A DNA stretch of 64,000 nucleotides. It comes from Gnetum montanum. Its lineage: Eukaryota > Plantae > Gnetophyta. The notes under the pieces were generated by a model. The model was not told where the DNA came from, searched no databases, and saw only the letters and a list, made by a program, of their open reading frames with translations. The stretch's first letter is position 1. The number at the start of each line of letters is the position of its first letter. Made by a program: the position numbers and the translations under genes. Where the stretch lies: the NCBI GenBank assembly GCA_015680685.1, contig MNCI01003446.1:55691-119690 (forward strand). Direction: 5' to 3'. This document shows positions 1 through 12,414 of this stretch, in pieces.

Positions 1-2170
1 ACATGGGGGCTCACTGTTGGTTTATTCATAAGGAACCAGATGGCATTATGATCTGTATGCATAAACACATTGTATACGAGCACATGGTGTCATAACTTTT
101 CCAAGGTGAACATCACTACCATTAATTCGTTTTTAGTGGTGGTGTAATTTAGATGAGCACCCATAACACTTTGGCCTACATAGTGGATGTAATATGGATG
201 CTTTTGATTATCCAACTGCATGAGCATGACCCCCAATGCATAATTAGATGCATCCATCATGATGTGAAATGGTTTGCACCAATCAGGTGCTTGTAGAATT
301 GGAGTCTCTATGAGTTTTTACTTTAGCATTTAGAATGTAGACTCACATTCCCTAGTCCAGAAAAATAGAGCATCTTTCTTTGTCAGCTCCACCAATGGTT
401 TGGCGATCTTTGAGAAATTATTGATGAAGCACTGGTAGTAGCCAATGTGTCCAAGGAACGATTGGATGTCCCTTACAGTTCTCAGTTGACTGGTAATTCC
501 TTGGATAACCTTGATTTTCTCAAGATCCACTCCAATCCTTCTTGTGAAATTTGATGCCCCAAAACAATGCCTTCTTGGACCATTAGGTGGCTCTTTTGCT
601 AATTGAACCGTAAGTTAGTTTCTACACATTACTTCAAAACTTGCTCAAGGTAGTCCAAGGCTTGCTTGAATGTTGCTTCATAGGTGGAGAAGTCATCCAT
701 AAAAACTTCTACAACATTGCCAATTTTCTCCTGGAAGATGCTAAGGATAAGGCATTGAAAGGTTGCAGGCGCATTACGCAACCTAAAGGACATCTTCCTA
801 TATGTGAAAGTTTCCTAGGGACGCATAAACATTTTCTTAGCCTAGTCCTTTGGTGTAGTTTGGATTTGGTTATAGCCACTGTAACCATCCAGGAAGCTGT
901 AGTAACAATGCCTCGAAATGGTATCCAACACTTGGTCCACAAATGGAAGTGGAAAATGATCCTTAAAGGTTTCCATATTTAGTAATCGAAAATCAATATA
1001 TACTCTTCATTTTCCATCCTTTTTGGCACAATAACAAGTGGGCTAATCCACTTGCTATTTGCAATAGGGTAGATGAATATCACCTTTAGAATTGCTCAAT
1101 TTCATCCTTGACGATTTGTTTAAGTTTGGGATTCAATCATCTTTGCAGTTGTTGTCATGGCTTCATGGAAAGGTTGATATAGATTCAATGTTGGCATACC
1201 CTAGGATCAATCCTTGTTAACTCAAGATATGACCATGCAAATGCAATCAACCACTTATTCACCATCCTTAGCAACCTTTTTTTTGCTCTGGAACAAGAGT
1301 GGCATTGATTATTACCCACTTATTATTCTGTAAGAATGCATATTCTAGATTAACTAGTAAGTGTTTTAGTTCTAGGGGCTCCTATTTAAAGCTTTTAGAG
1401 ATCTGCAACTTTCCCCAATTAGTAGCATCATTAGTAGTGGAAATTTGTTGATGGAACTATTTTGGTTTGTCTATGCTCCTCATATAGGTACATACAAGGC
1501 TGTCAGGGGATTCCATGCATAGGGTGCTGCTATCAAAATCAGCAATGAGCCACTGGGTGCCTTTTTGGTTAGTGGCTACTACATACATGCATCATTGAAT
1601 TTGTGATTTGGTCACACACTAACTACATGCTTGAATGGATGTCTTCTTAACAAACCAAAGTTGCTACACATAGTTGCACCCAAAGTCATGGTATGTGATG
1701 CATGGAACATGCTTCTTCTTGATCTTCCCAAAAGGATTTTCCTTGGAAATTTCAAGGGAGAGATCTCAGAGTCCTAAACATGCATCCACCATGCTAAGCC
1801 ATGCTCTTCCCATTATAATTGGGAAGTTCCCCTTGCAATTATCGATATGGATTACTAGGAAATTAGTAGGGTAGGACCACCTAGAAATGGTGGTCACAAT
1901 ATCTTCTACTAATCCCAAAGGGACAGTGATAGATTGGTTTGCCAACTTGAGCCAAATGTTGCTTTTCTTCAACAGAGGTAGGTTTCAAGTCTTATACATG
2001 TCATCTAAAATTAAGTTGATACATGACCTTGAATCCAAAAGAGCTTTGCATGGCCTATTCCCTACTACCTGAAGGTATATGAGAGAGCTTCCTAAATCAG
2101 CCAATTTCTGAGGGAGATGACCTACCTTGATCCAGTCCATCACAGCATGTGTTAACATGATAGTTTGCAC
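1..2170 (-). pseudogene. pol: Degenerate pol of element A (protease, RT, RNase H)
   Basis: ORF fragments 1985-2170 and 1766-1972 (protease, ..PIIMGRAWL), RT relics at 560-1100, 330-530 (IQSFLGHIGYY..FSKIAKPL), RNase H at 1-270. Many stops and frameshifts. Confidence 0.88.
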
Positions 2171-2799
2171 ATTAGAAGGTGTTTGTTTCGAAAGTTGCTC
2201 AAAGGATTGAGTATTAGAGGTAGTTGGAGATGCAGGGGTACTGGCCGTAGGTGAATGTGAGGGTGTGTTTAGGTTATTAAGCTAAAAAAAGGGCTATTTC
2301 CATGGTTTTGATTTCAACCCACTTGACTAAGATGCCAGTTGTAAATTAATGGCCCTCATGGCATTACATTGCTATGGCTATGGAGGTATTTCTCCCTGCA
2401 TGGGTGGAGCAAGAGGTAGCTGAGTTGAAGGCTAATGGGTAGGCATGGCAGAAGAAGGTGGTAGAGGATAGTACAAATGTGGGCTTTCTCTCCTAGGTGA
2501 TAGAGATTGGGCCCGAAAGTATTCTAGAGGGTAGTAAGGATTTTGGAAGGTTATGTGACTAGAAGAGTCCCACAGGAATATTGGCTGCTAAATGTTGTAC
2601 CCATAAGGATCCAACTGCCGGTAAGGGTACTACTTCCTTGGGGGTGGCATCCCCCATGACTTCAGGTGTTTCCATTGTTGGTAGTGCTCATATGGTTATG
2701 GCAGAGCTCCACTTGGATAATATCCCTATTGCTAGTAGAATTACCTAGAATTGCCTTGGGGATAAGGAAATCTTTAGGGTGTTTTCTTTTTGCTAAGTG

Positions 2800-4536
2800 A
2801 GTATTCAGATCATACACCTTAGACTCTTGCAAATGTGACACCATGAGGCAACATCTCTTAGGATTTTCATACTTGCATATGTCACATCCATCATCTTCCT
2901 TAGTATCAGAGTCTAAAACTTATTCTATTGTAGCAACTTTGCCCTTACCTTTGTGGTAGGCATGTTTAGCATCTTTTCTCCTTCATCGATCCAGATCATT
3001 ACTTTGCTCTTTGGATTCTTCTGTGATTTTTAAAAAACTTTGGAATTTTTCATCCAAAGAATCCAACATCTTGTTCACCTTGGCTAAAATTTCAAAATTG
3101 AATTTTTGTATGGGCAAGGTCTTCCTATTCACCACTGCATCTAGTGATGATTCTTCCTCATCTTCACAAAATTGGACTTCCCTCTTTCAGATGGAAGGGT
3201 CCCAATTATATTCCTCTACACTTTCCTACTTTCATAGTTCTCCCTCTTCCTTGGCTACCTACTTAATTAATCATTGAATCTAATGAGCCCTTAACTTGGA
3301 TAACCATTTTTGAGCATAAATGCCAAGGGTCCTTATTTTGAAACAGAGCCCATCTATGACATGGCAAAGTTATCCTTGCTAAGAGTAGCCATGACCAGGG
3401 CATAGGTGCAACAAGGAGTAATATCTGTCCATGATTGCATCCAATGGTTCATGGCTACCTTTTTTCCACTCCTGAATTTGTTGTCTTAGATTGGACACTC
3501 TAAAGTAAGTTTGGTATTTTTCATTAAAGAGCTCCAACATCATACTCCATCACCTGATTGATTCTGGATCCAAAGACTAGTACCAACTTTCTTCTTCCTT
3601 GATGAGTATTCAAGAAAATAGCTTAGGTTTCTGCCATTCATTTTCAATATTCTGCAGGGTGTAGACATCATGAAATTCTTGTAAGTGAGTTTTTGGATCA
3701 CAATTATATCTCACTTAAAATCTAGAAATGTTGCTCATATCAAGGTTCTTGATTCAACTATCTCTCAAGTTCCTAGTAGGTATGTGAACTACCTCTGCTA
3801 TGTTGAGCATGCTTCAAGTGGCAAGTAGTAGTTCATCAAAATCATGGTCCCGATGATGGCCATGGCATCTATGATGGTCTCTGCTACCTCTTCTTTTGTG
3901 ACGGTGAGTCTCCCATGACCACTCACACCCATGGTCATGTCGTTCCCATTGGCCTTCTTGATCATGTTGGTTTCTGTGATCACCATCATCATGATCTCTC
4001 CTACAATAGTTGCAATCAAAGTCCAAACCCAATGAAGATAAGGTGGAACAAGAGGATGGAGAAGAGGGGGGAGAATTGCCACCCTCATGGTGTCGATCCC
4101 CTCCTCTTTCATGATGATCGCCTCGATCTTCACGTCCATCTTCACCTCTTCCATAATCTCCTCTGTGAGATCCCTCATCATCTTGGAACTCCTGATCACT
4201 TGATCCTTTACTCCACATAATAGATCGTATGTTCTAACATGGGGGAGGAGATTCGGAAGAACAGGAACCATGAGAAACAGGTTCCTCATCATCGTGTTGG
4301 TCCTACAAGAACAAAGGGTTATTGAACCATTTTCCCTTTTCTCGTTCATAGTTTTTTGCCTATTGCTAGTTCCATTTACGTTGCACCTTAGTTGGATGAT
4401 AGTCCTGATAATTGTGATCCTCCATAATGTACTCTTGACCTTGGTCCTGAATGCCAAATCTAGTGAGAGTTTGGAGTAGCATTCTAGGAACTGATTGATC
4501 AGGGGCAATATAATGTTGTCCTCCATGTCCTGCCAT
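2800..4536 (-). pseudogene. gag: Degenerate gag of element A with His/Asp/Arg-rich N-terminal region
   Basis: Gag-core relics (DPKTHLQEFHDV; PESIR.WSMMLELFNEKY) at ~3500-3720; low-complexity DHHERGGDRHH tract at 3814-4218. Confidence 0.65.
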
Positions 4537-4806
4537 TGCATTTACTCATCCTAATGCATGATGAAGGTGAATTTGGTTATATACTCATCTGGATGAGTAT
4601 ATACCACCTGACATTCCTAGGGCACTTGTGGTTTGGATTTGTCTCACTTGTGAGAAGAAGGCATATTAGTGTTAAACAAAAAATAACTTGGTATGTCTTA
4701 CTCTTACCTAAGTTGTCTGGCATGAGTAGATTTTTGTGTAATTGGTCCGTTCCAGCGAAGTGAGTGATGATCTTGCTAAGGCTAGATAGCACACATAAGA
4801 GTAACA

Positions 4807-4825
4807 GTCCCTGGCAATGATGCCA
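4807..4825 (-). promoter_or_regulatory. PBS of element A (tRNA-Asp type)
   Basis: Minus strand reads TGGCATCATTGCCAGGGAC, a deaminated form of the Athila PBS TGGCGCCGTTGCCGGGGA, adjacent to a CA terminus. Confidence 0.8.
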
Positions 4826-4826
4826 A

Positions 4827-6147
4827 TGATGACTAGTGAGGTACCCCTATGTCCAACCATACAAATCACGAGCATTCATGTGCGACCTAGTCAAATTCTA
4901 AAGAATGCAAGCACTTACGCACATAGAATTCTAGCCATTAAAATCCTAGTTAGAGTAGTCGTTGTTCTCTCAACCTTACTAGTGACATTTTGGAACGATG
5001 GTTAAGTGAGACTGAGGCATATGATTTCTTTATATGTTTTATTTTATCTTTAATATCTAATTCTTCTAATATAGGGAGTAAAAGGCTAGATAACTTAAGA
5101 TTCCACTACTCTATCGCTCGACTACTCCTAGCATAAGTAGCCATTCCCATCCTCTATGCACATCCTGAGCATGTCCTAATCACTACTGGGTTGCTTGACA
5201 TTAAGCATCACTGGGTTGCCAAGTATTAGACATATGTTTGAGGTGCTCATACTTATGTGTTCTTGTGGACTACGAAAGTGTACTATAATTATAAATCAAT
5301 AACAAAAGCATGATAATTATCAAAGTATTAAAATATTAATGCTTAAGTAATCTAGTCCAAATGTTGCAAGGAATATCCAAAAAGTCTCTTAGGTACATTA
5401 GCACTCGAATAAAGAGTTGTACACTCTTCGAACTCCTTCTGCATGCACTTGGAAAATAGTCTAACTCCTATAGGAATAAACTATAAGAGCTTCACTACAA
5501 TTTGAAGAAAAGGTGCCATAAAGGTGTTGGGTGCATACATATTTATAGCAGAAAATGGCCTCTATGTTGACAAGGCCACATCAATGCCTGGAAAGATGTG
5601 TCGATGGGATCTCGTTGTTGCAACCATGTTAACAAGGCTTCGTTGACGTGGCCCAGCCAACACAGTTGACTAGATGCTTCATCAATAGTGATAAATCATG
5701 CATAACACTTCACTTATAACCAAGAGATTAAATTCTTTTTATAGCCTTTAAGTTTCCAAAAATCCTTCGAAATTCATGCAATAGCTAACTAATGACTAAT
5801 GTAGACATCTCCTTTGAGATTAAGACATCTTTTCTAAAATTAGTTTCTATTTTGGGTAGATGTCTTCTTCTTGGATGGAATGTCTCTAAGGAGATGTTTC
5901 TAGGGAGACATATTCTTTGGAAAGAAGACATCTTCTATTTCTAGGAGATGTCTTCTTTGCATTTTCTTCACTTTGGCCAACACATCTTTTGCTTCTTGGA
6001 GATGTCTTCTCATGTTTTGAACTTTGGTTCTTGAGACCTCCTCTTGCTAATTTAGCTTCCTCTTCACCATTGGAGTATTGTCATTTGGCTTGTAGTCCTC
6101 ATACTCATTCATGCTCCCTTAAGAACAACTCTCATTCATCCCCTACA
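4827..6147 (-). repeat. 5' LTR of element A
   Basis: Ends in CA next to the PBS; probable start TGTAGGGGATG at 6147. The partner LTR is outside the window, so the outer boundary is inferred. Confidence 0.6.
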
Positions 6148-6388
6148 AAAACATCACACTCCACAACATTCTATGTTCTCCATTTTTCTTAAGGTTTTGA
6201 CATAGCAAAAGGTCAACAAAAATCACACTATGTGATGAAATAGTAATAAAAAATAAATATATATAATATTAGCTATACTTGCACTATGCAACATGAAAAA
6301 TAACAAAATAACATAGTCTCTAGGACTATGGTAGTCTAAAATAATAAAAAATAGTAAAATAAAATAGGTTAATCAAAATATGCTAAAA

Positions 6389-9300
6389 CTATGATGTAGG
6401 AGAAGGAGAAGGATCATTAGCAACATCATCTTCAACAACATCATCATCATTACATGAGGCCTATAAGCAACAAAAATATAAAAAATTAGTAATCATCATA
6501 ACCAAGACATAACTATGAAACCCTAAAAACTAAATAATAAAAAATATAAAAATATAACACAAAAGCTTAGAATATTTTTTTACACAAACCTCTAGGGATT
6601 CTGGAGTTATGTCTTTAGGTGCAAATATTTAGAGACCAACCTCTAACAAGTGAAGAATTTGTTCTTCACTCATGTTTACCCAATCAATGTCTCCTAGATC
6701 CACTCCTATAAGGATCTTTTCCATTATTATGCTTGTTCACTTAGATGGAGCATGAGAGAAATTAGTAGTGCTAGTTTTCCTAGACACGAGCTGAGTAGGA
6801 GACTCAAGAGCCAAAATGGAGCTAGCAAACATGTTGTACTTATGTCTTAAATAAATAACTTGTACTTATGCTATGTCATAGTTGCATCATGTCATGATTT
6901 TATGTAATTTTCTTTCTCCAACTTGTAAAGCCTTTTGCAAACCTTTTGTTTTTTTGCCACACTCTAATCCCCATGCATAATAATTGTGCCATTCCTGGAA
7001 CTTTCAAGTTAGGAGCTTCATTTGCATGTCTTTCTCTACATTACTCCTAGTTAGAGCAACCTTACCTTGAATTTCACTCCAATAATAGGACTACTTAATT
7101 TCTTTAGTACACAAGGAATTCCTATTGGCCACACATACCTCTATGAATTCCTTACAATCTTCAAGGCTCTTGACCTTGTTGGTTAGCTTCTTGTTTTTCC
7201 TCCTCAAGGCCATAACCTCCTCCCATAGGAACTCATTAGAACATTGGACTTCAAAAAACATTTTTTCATAAGTAGCACATTTTTTGACCCCTTCATACAA
7301 CTTACATGGGACACTATCAACATTGGAGGATAAGGCTACGAACTCATCACATTCAAAGTCTCATGAGAAGTTCCATTTTATTTTGGAAACTACAAGAACA
7401 TAAAAAATACAAAAATATTTAAAAAGATTTTAAATAGCAAAATACTATAAACATAAAAACATGAAAAATAAAAAATATATAAAAATAAAAACATGTAAAA
7501 ACAAAAACACTTTAAAATTTTCATTACTAATATTAGAAGCCATATGTTGCAACCTATCCATCATTCCCTTCATGAACTCTAGTTTGTCTAGGGCCTTTGC
7601 CCAAGACTTGGCATGAAATATGGATGTAGATGCTTCTAAAGGAGGTTCACATCCTATAATGGCTATAATGGTTAGACACTAATTACAACAAGATAAACAT
7701 ATATATAAACTAACAAAAATAATGAAAAAATTAAAATTAAAACATGAAAAAATTATTAAAATTAAAACATACCAAAAAGATTATGAGCTAGGCCTATTAG
7801 AGGACTTCTCTCTAGAGGCAAATTATCTCAAATGAAATCTATAACATTTGGAGCCTCCTTGGTTACTCTTTCCTCTTCCTTCCTAGTTGCTATTTCCTTC
7901 TCTTCTTTACATTGTTGGTCCTCAACAGCAATAGCTTTTGCAGCTAGTTCCTACACTTTCTCTACAATAAAAAAAATAGTCATAAAACATAAAACAAGTT
8001 AGCAAACACTTAACAAAAAAATAAAAACTAAAACTAAAAAAATATATTATGTACCTCCAACATCCTAATTCACCATGTTGGCTTGATGGACAATTTCTTG
8101 AATGCTTGCTTAGTAGGAGCTTGAATATTGTCTTCAACACATGGCCTCTTTATCTTCTTTCCAACAACACCATCCACTTCTCTACATAACCTTTTTTCCC
8201 TCTTAACATTGGCACTTGTGGCATAAGGCTCAATCATTGTGCTATTAGGGGAACATCCATGCAAACCACTAAGATTCTTAGTGGTAATAGATACTAATTT
8301 CTCAACATCATCCACTCGTAGATCTTGGTAACATATAACATGAGTGATATGATTAGCCCAAGGCCTAGAGAGTTGGCAAGGGTCATGTGCAAGCCATTAT
8401 CCATATCTGTTGATCACCAAGAACTCCATAAACCTCTTAAGATATGCAAGAAAGAATGTAAAATGCACATGATGAATATGATTGAGGTTGTTATGAAGCT
8501 TTTTGATTTCATCCCTTAAACTAGTGACCAAGTGGGTAGCCTAATCAAACATAATACCATTAGTCAGTACCTTTCTCATAGTCCAAGCCTAATAAACTCC
8601 TATATTTTTCTTTTGTGATAGTAATAAGTCTGATTGGCTTCCTCAACAATACAATTATTCAAGGTTAATACTACATTGGGAGAAGAATTGAACCAAGCCT
8701 CCAGCTCCTCTCTATATTCTACATTCTTCCCTACTCTAGTGACCATCTAAGCACTACTAGAGGATGTGCCAAAGATATTGCTAAACATGGATGTAGTAAT
8801 GTTCAATGTAATAGGGTAACCATTAATATCAGTGATGAATTTGGCAACATCCTCATCAAAGAAGTAAAGCACATTTAATATCTCAGTAGGTGACATCATG
8901 ATACTAGGAAACGTAAACAAATCATGCAAACTTACATAAGTGATCCTTTGTTGGATGTTCATAGAAACCTTTTCTGCTACACATTCTTGTGCTAATTCTA
9001 CTTCACCTCACTTGAGCTGAAGTTTCTTTTTAGAACACACTGAAATAGTCACATCAATTATAGACTTACACACACAATTTGTTACATAACATAGTGAACA
9101 TGTTCTCGTAAAAACTTAAAAAGATAATAAACAACATAAATAACAAAAATGTAAAAATAAAAATATATTAAATAATAGCAATAATAATATATATTAAAAT
9201 TATTAACCATGCTAAAAAATTTTAACTTACCAGGCTTAGATAAGGTTAGAACCTTAGGATGAGCTAATGTGTGTGCTCCCAAATCTGGGTGAGTCCACCA

Positions 9301-10040
9301 CATATGTACATGTTTGGTTGCTATGCTTAACTGGTACAAGATGGAATACCATTTTTGGTATCTATCAAACTCAAATTCCAGAGATGAAGCACTTCCATTC
9401 TTATGATTTTACCTTTCTTGAACACTTCCAAAGATGTTTGAGCCACAACTAAGTGTTGGTCATTCCTCATCAATCCCCCAAGATGTACCCTATGCTTGCA
9501 AAAAAATGAATACCAAAATAGTTAGGACTAAAATAAAAACCTTAAAACCAAAAACAACAAAGGTGATAGATTAAAGTCAAACTTATGGTGTTAGTAGGTA
9601 GATAGTTCCTAGAGGATTTTGAAAGAGTGTGTTTACCTTGTGACCTATCATCACAATGTTACCAAAATTGTATTGCAAGTACTCAGGCATCTTCCAAATC
9701 TATGATAACCTATGAACTCTCCATCATAAAAGGTAGTATTCCTCTCTATCTCTCTCTCTCTAGGTGTCAAGATCATAAATCATGAAATTCAAGATGTAGT
9801 TGGAAGATCTAGACATAAGAGTTTCTATGATTATACTAGCAATATCCACCACCAAGTGTGATCATACAATCAGGTTGAATTGTTGGTTTAAGTATAGCAA
9901 AACTCTTGGGCACCAGGTCTAAACCACATCAAAGTATGATTGTTAATGCTTACATCAAGGTTCAAACTCTTTTGTGTGGCTATCCTAGTGTAAGATACGA
10001 TACCAACTAGCTCCACCACCACTAAAATAGATTTTACCAA
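6389..10040 (-). pseudogene. Third, degenerate copy of the spliced accessory gene (FCP1-like + Transposase_32/PMD-like + coiled coil) in older sequence D
   Basis: Manual translation gives ILVVELVGIVSY (~10000), MWFRPGAQEF..QFNLIV.SHL (~9900), TLFQNPLGTIY (~9610), LHDLFTF..FITDINGYPITLNITTSMFSNIFG (8747-8962), SWAKALDKLEFMKG (~7590) and VDLGDIDWVNMSEEQILHLLEVGL (~6670). All are collinear with the B and C genes and separated by AT-rich introns. Confidence 0.85.
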
Positions 10041-10435
10041 GGACTTGTACTTAGCCAAAATTCATAACTATTAAGGACATGAAAAACCATATAACTGTTA
10101 TAACAAAAAGTAACAAAGTTTAAGCCAAAATTAGTAGTAGCATGAAAACATTGACATCAAATAAAAAACATAAAAATTAATTAAGTGCACTAACATAACT
10201 ACATTTACAATATAACCAAAATTTGGTTTTTATTGACATGGAAAACCCAATTTAACATTTCCATGATCAATTAGCTTATAGATCCTTGGAACAAACAATC
10301 TTGCAAATTGTTGACAAACAAAAAAATAAAATTTGACAAAACTAAAGGGCAAAAATGAAAATGATAGGGCCTAATTGATGTAATTTTTTATGATTTTACG
10401 GTCAAGAAATTCACACAAGTGTGGACATTGGAGAT

Positions 10436-11959
10436 TGAAACACCACAAAATTTTGGCCTAGCACTTTCAAACAAAATTCAAGCTAAGTCATGCTATTGCC
10501 CAACATGAGTATAGCATGACCAAACATGAGAGTCTCCAAAATGACATGAAATGACATTCAATGGAGCAAGCAAAGTCTCCCTGGGGCCCACAGGCGACTG
10601 CACCAGCTTTCGGCATCCAGAATCAAAATTTTTGGGCTCAAAGTGCTTAGTTTTGGCTAAGTATACTTTGGTTGCATTTTCTTACGCTACACAGCATAAG
10701 GCCTAGCGTCACCAACTTTTGGAGCCTCGGAACTGAGCCAAAACAGGCCAAAATTGAGCACAAGGACCCCCCATGACCTCCACTAATGGTTGCCCCAGGT
10801 TTCCAGCCCTTAGGATCCTGATTTTGGGCTCAAAAATACACTATTTTCACTGCTCACACCTAGCTCACGCCTAGGTCAGGCCTAGGTCAAGCCTAGGTCA
10901 CGCTAGAACGTGAGCCCAGTGTGACCAAAAAAATGGGTTTAAATAAGCATTCCCAGGCACAATGTCAGCATCAACTCAACTCCCAAGGGTAGGCAGCCGT
11001 TATACTTGAAGGACAAGCCTTGAAAATCAAGATTCGATGCAAAAATGGCCTAGCGTGAGCCTAGCATGAGCTTCCAAAAGTGGGCTAAAACATTTCAAAC
11101 ACATGCTGAAAACATGCCAGGACAAGATCAAGTCAAATCGACATCCTACAACAGCCGATCCAAGAGACTATGAAGTTCCAAGTGAGCCAGAGTCAAATTT
11201 TAATTGCAAATTCATTGTAAATTTTCATTCTAAGCTTTACCATAGGTGAGCTTGTTAAGCCCTTACGCTGCTTCCATGGGCATAAACTAGCTTGCATTGT
11301 AAGATGCAGTGCACCTGGTCTAGAACGTAGTTTTCCCATGTACACCTATCATGCAATCCATTATTCTCTCATCTCGCCATCATCAATCCTGTTCATTCCT
11401 ACTCCCAAGCCTAGATGAATGCATAAATACCCTGTGCAAAGACATAAACAGGGTTTGCAAAAATTTGGCAAAAGAAACTAGCAATCCTAATCTTGGACAC
11501 ACGTGATTCCCAGCACCTGCAAACACTACACATCGAAGCTTAACATCTGACTTGCAATCCAGATTCGCAACTACGTTTTGAACGGTGCACATTTTGTCAA
11601 TTAATACAATACATTTTCATTTTTTCCTTCTGTTGTGCTGTTCTTATTCATTGTTTGTATTATTTTGTTTTATCGCAAGTTTCTACAATACATTCTCTGC
11701 ACATTTACATGATGTATTTCATGTTTACGTTTCATTTTTATTACGTTCTTCATTTTACATTTCATAACAATAACCCCAACGTAGGCCATAGCATATGCTC
11801 AGGGAAGTCCTTGGTTGATTTGCGTGTAGACCATCCAAGGCACTCTACCTTCATCTTTCCAGCCTTCCCTCACGCGAAGGTAGGGTCATCTATGTTTCTC
11901 CGGAGATATTTCGACGTACGTTTTTTTCCAGCCTTACGTCGATGATTTCGAACAGTATA
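10436..11959 (+). repeat. 5' LTR of element B
   Basis: Direct repeat of 28164-29647; starts with TG, ends in TA (CA>TA), followed by the PBS. Confidence 0.92.
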
Positions 11960-11964
11960 GAAAT

Positions 11965-11982
11965 TGCTGCTAGAAGGAGGGC
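11965..11982 (+). promoter_or_regulatory. PBS of element B (tRNA-Asn type)
   Basis: TGCTGCTAGAAGGAGGGC; 2 mismatches to the complement of the plant tRNA-Asn(GUU) 3' end, TGGCGCTAGAAGGAGGGC. Confidence 0.8.
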
Positions 11983-12074
11983 CGCTTACCGTTTGATAAA
12001 ACCTTAGTTACCCCATAGTTCAAAATGTTGCACTAATTGAGCACTTTAACCAAAACCCCCATTAATGTTGGTCC

Positions 12075-12355
12075 TGTTCATGCTAGGCTTGCTCATGTTG
12101 CAAATTTACTCACGTTGAGACCAGTTACTCATGCTGAGCTTACTCATGCTGACACCAGTTACTCACACTGAGCTTGCTCATGCTGACACCAGATACTCAC
12201 ACTAAGCTTGCTCACGTTGACATCAGTTACTCATGTTGAGCTTACTCACGCTGACACCAGTTACTCACGTTGAGCTTGCTCATGAAAACACTAGTTACTC
12301 ACGCTAAGCTTGCTCACGCTGACACCAATTACTCATGCTAAGCTTGCTCACACTA
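12075..12355 (+). repeat. ~34-bp tandem repeat in the 5' UTR of B
   Basis: About 7-8 copies of GAGCTTGCTCATGCTGACACCAGTTACTCACACT, built from CTCACGCT-like halves. Confidence 0.9.
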
Positions 12356-12414
12356 TGACTAGTCCACATAAGTTAGGCTTTACATAAATTCAGCTAGTCA
12401 AATCGATTACACAC

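Larger units (their letters stand above)
1..6147 (-). mobile_element. Element A: Athila-like Ty3/gypsy LTR retrotransposon, 5' part, truncated by window edge
   Basis: Minus strand order is LTR (TGTAGGGG...), PBS, gag, protease (KALLDSRSCINLI), RT, RNase H (MDASNYALG..NYTTTKNEL..TDHNA). The PBS is of the tRNA-Asp type typical of Athila. Confidence 0.85.

Noticed and set aside
11383-11945. Short ORFs inside LTRs (also 29273-29630, 31156-32542, 46950-48325)
   Set aside because: They recur only because the LTRs are duplicated; no coding signature.
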